A stretch of 64,000 nt of DNA from positions 84,942,001 through 85,006,000 of the forward strand of contig NC_087436.1 of the NCBI RefSeq assembly GCF_036321535.1, written 5' to 3'. The notes beneath the pieces are model-generated. The model saw only the letters and a program-made list of their open reading frames with translations. It had not been told where the DNA came from and made no database searches. Shown piece after piece: positions 62,546-64,000 of the stretch. The position numbers and the translations under genes are program-made. The DNA comes from Camelus dromedarius. Taxonomy: Eukaryota. Within the stretch, counting starts at the first letter, position 1. Every line of letters starts with the position of its first letter.

Positions 62546-63750
62546 AGATGTTGTCTAAAATTTGCTTCTAAACCTGATAGCCACTCCAGTGGTATATTAT
62601 CTTCTACCCAGAATGGGTTCTTACTTATGATGCTGATCTAGGTGTCAATATCATATATTCATCACTAGACTCAGTGCTTTTAGTAAGTTGCCTCTTCATG
62701 TGGTTCACTGGTGTCCATAGCATAGTGCCGTCTACATTAGAGCCCTGGGTTCTGGTATGTTTGTCAGGGTTCATGCGTTTGAATATTAAAATAGATTTTT
62801 ACACTTAGCAAAAAAAAAAAAGAAAAAAAAGAAAGAAAACTTAGAATAATTATTTAGGGATAATTATATCTGATCCACCTACCTAAAAAGTTGGAAATAT
62901 CAATGTAAATAACTGTTTAAATGCTTATTTTGGTTAAAATAATATAATTGCAGTTAATTTTTCAACTGTTTCAAGGATAAAATTTAACTCTGGTGTTACT
63001 AGTGGCTATACTAAATATTTATTTTACTCAAAAGCAATATAGAGGTGCTTTGATATCCGCATCCTTTATTATTGTAACTGCTGTTAATAGTGATAGAATG
63101 GTGTCACTCAAATAATTCAGTCCAATAGAGAAAGGCCACCTTAAGTTATCAAAAAATACTTTCAAGTGCCATAATAATAGTTAGATAAGAGATTTTGGAG
63201 ACCCTTAGTGAGTGGATAAGTGAATGGATAAGAATTGGTGAAAATTTCCAAATAGTGGGTGTGAGCCTAAATACCCACCCTTTACTGTAATCTGAGGATG
63301 ACTCACCAGATTTTAACAATCTCTGTATTATTTGAATTTTTTAACAGAATAATTGTGAAACCAAGGGAACTGCTAATTGGTAGAACTTCTGGCTAGATGA
63401 TGAAAGCCAAATGTAGAGATCCAGGCAGTGAGGGAGAAAGAAATTGAGGTTTTGCAGACTGTCTTGTTGCAGTTCCTCACCCCATCACAGTTTGTCATTG
63501 CTCCTTCTTTTCTTCCCCTTCAACTCCACCGTTTGCCTAATATTGCTAAGATTATTATATTGCTAAGAGACGTTTGGGGGAGGAACAGAGGGTGGACCGT
63601 AGCAATGTGACTTCTTTTGAGGACTGGAAGTCAGCTGCACCATGTTTCTGTGCCATGCTTTTTAAAGTCTCGAAACTGCTATCTTCAGAAGAAATTTGTT
63701 TTTGCAGTCTGATTTATAGTATTAATTTGCTTAGTATATCTTGCCTTCTT

Positions 63751-63835
63751 CTTTCCTTCCTTCCTTCCTTCCTTCCTTCCTTCCTTCCTTCCTTCCTTCC
63801 TTCCTTCCTTCCTTCCCTCCTTCCCTTCCTCCCTC
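63751..63835. repeat. (TTCC)n microsatellite
   Basis: Read directly. Confidence 0.95.
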
Positions 63836-64000
63836 CATTTCTTTTTTAGCAAACAGGGCCAAGTTAAACTGTACCCAGCAATTATCTTCATCACAAATTC
63901 CCAACTAATCTAAAATAATGAGCAATCACAAAACACGGCAAGTAGAATAAAACTCATAATCTGGAGTTTGTTAGGTGCTGTGCTTAAGGAATAAATGAAA

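Noticed and set aside
1..64000. CRISPR arrays, prokaryotic operons, snoRNA/miRNA genes, NUMTs, CpG-island promoter
   Set aside because: None seen. The DNA is mammalian and repeat-rich, and the C-box-like words I checked lacked properly spaced D boxes. An Rfam/Infernal scan would be needed to exclude small RNAs fully.
1..64000. Inferring host-gene orientation from L1/LTR strand bias
   Set aside because: There is only a mild excess on the - strand with many + copies, too weak to call.

Overview
Mammalian nuclear DNA, AT-rich and CpG-depleted, with no CpG island. Four tRNA-derived Vic-1-type SINEs point to a camelid (alpaca, llama or camel). I found no recognisable host protein-coding exon, RNA gene or CRISPR-like array. 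The only ORFs I can assign are decayed LINE-1 ORF2 fragments, so the window looks like a large intron or intergenic region. It holds many transposable elements: MIR, L2, old and young L1, MaLR/ERVL/ERV1 solo LTRs, hAT and Tigger DNA transposons, plus microsatellites. All family names come from my recall of consensus sequences, not a database search. The most notable observation is a ~200-bp poly(A)-tailed, TSD-flanked insertion at 39671-39869. It corresponds almost exactly to the predicted R region (TSS to poly(A) site) of the MER41-like LTR family, which also has an intact solo LTR at 15437-16085. This suggests a short LTR-only transcript mobilised in trans by L1, behaving like a SINE. Other points of interest are a twin-primed L1 with a possible 3' transduction and a stack of nested insertions in an L2 that retains endonuclease-domain remnants.
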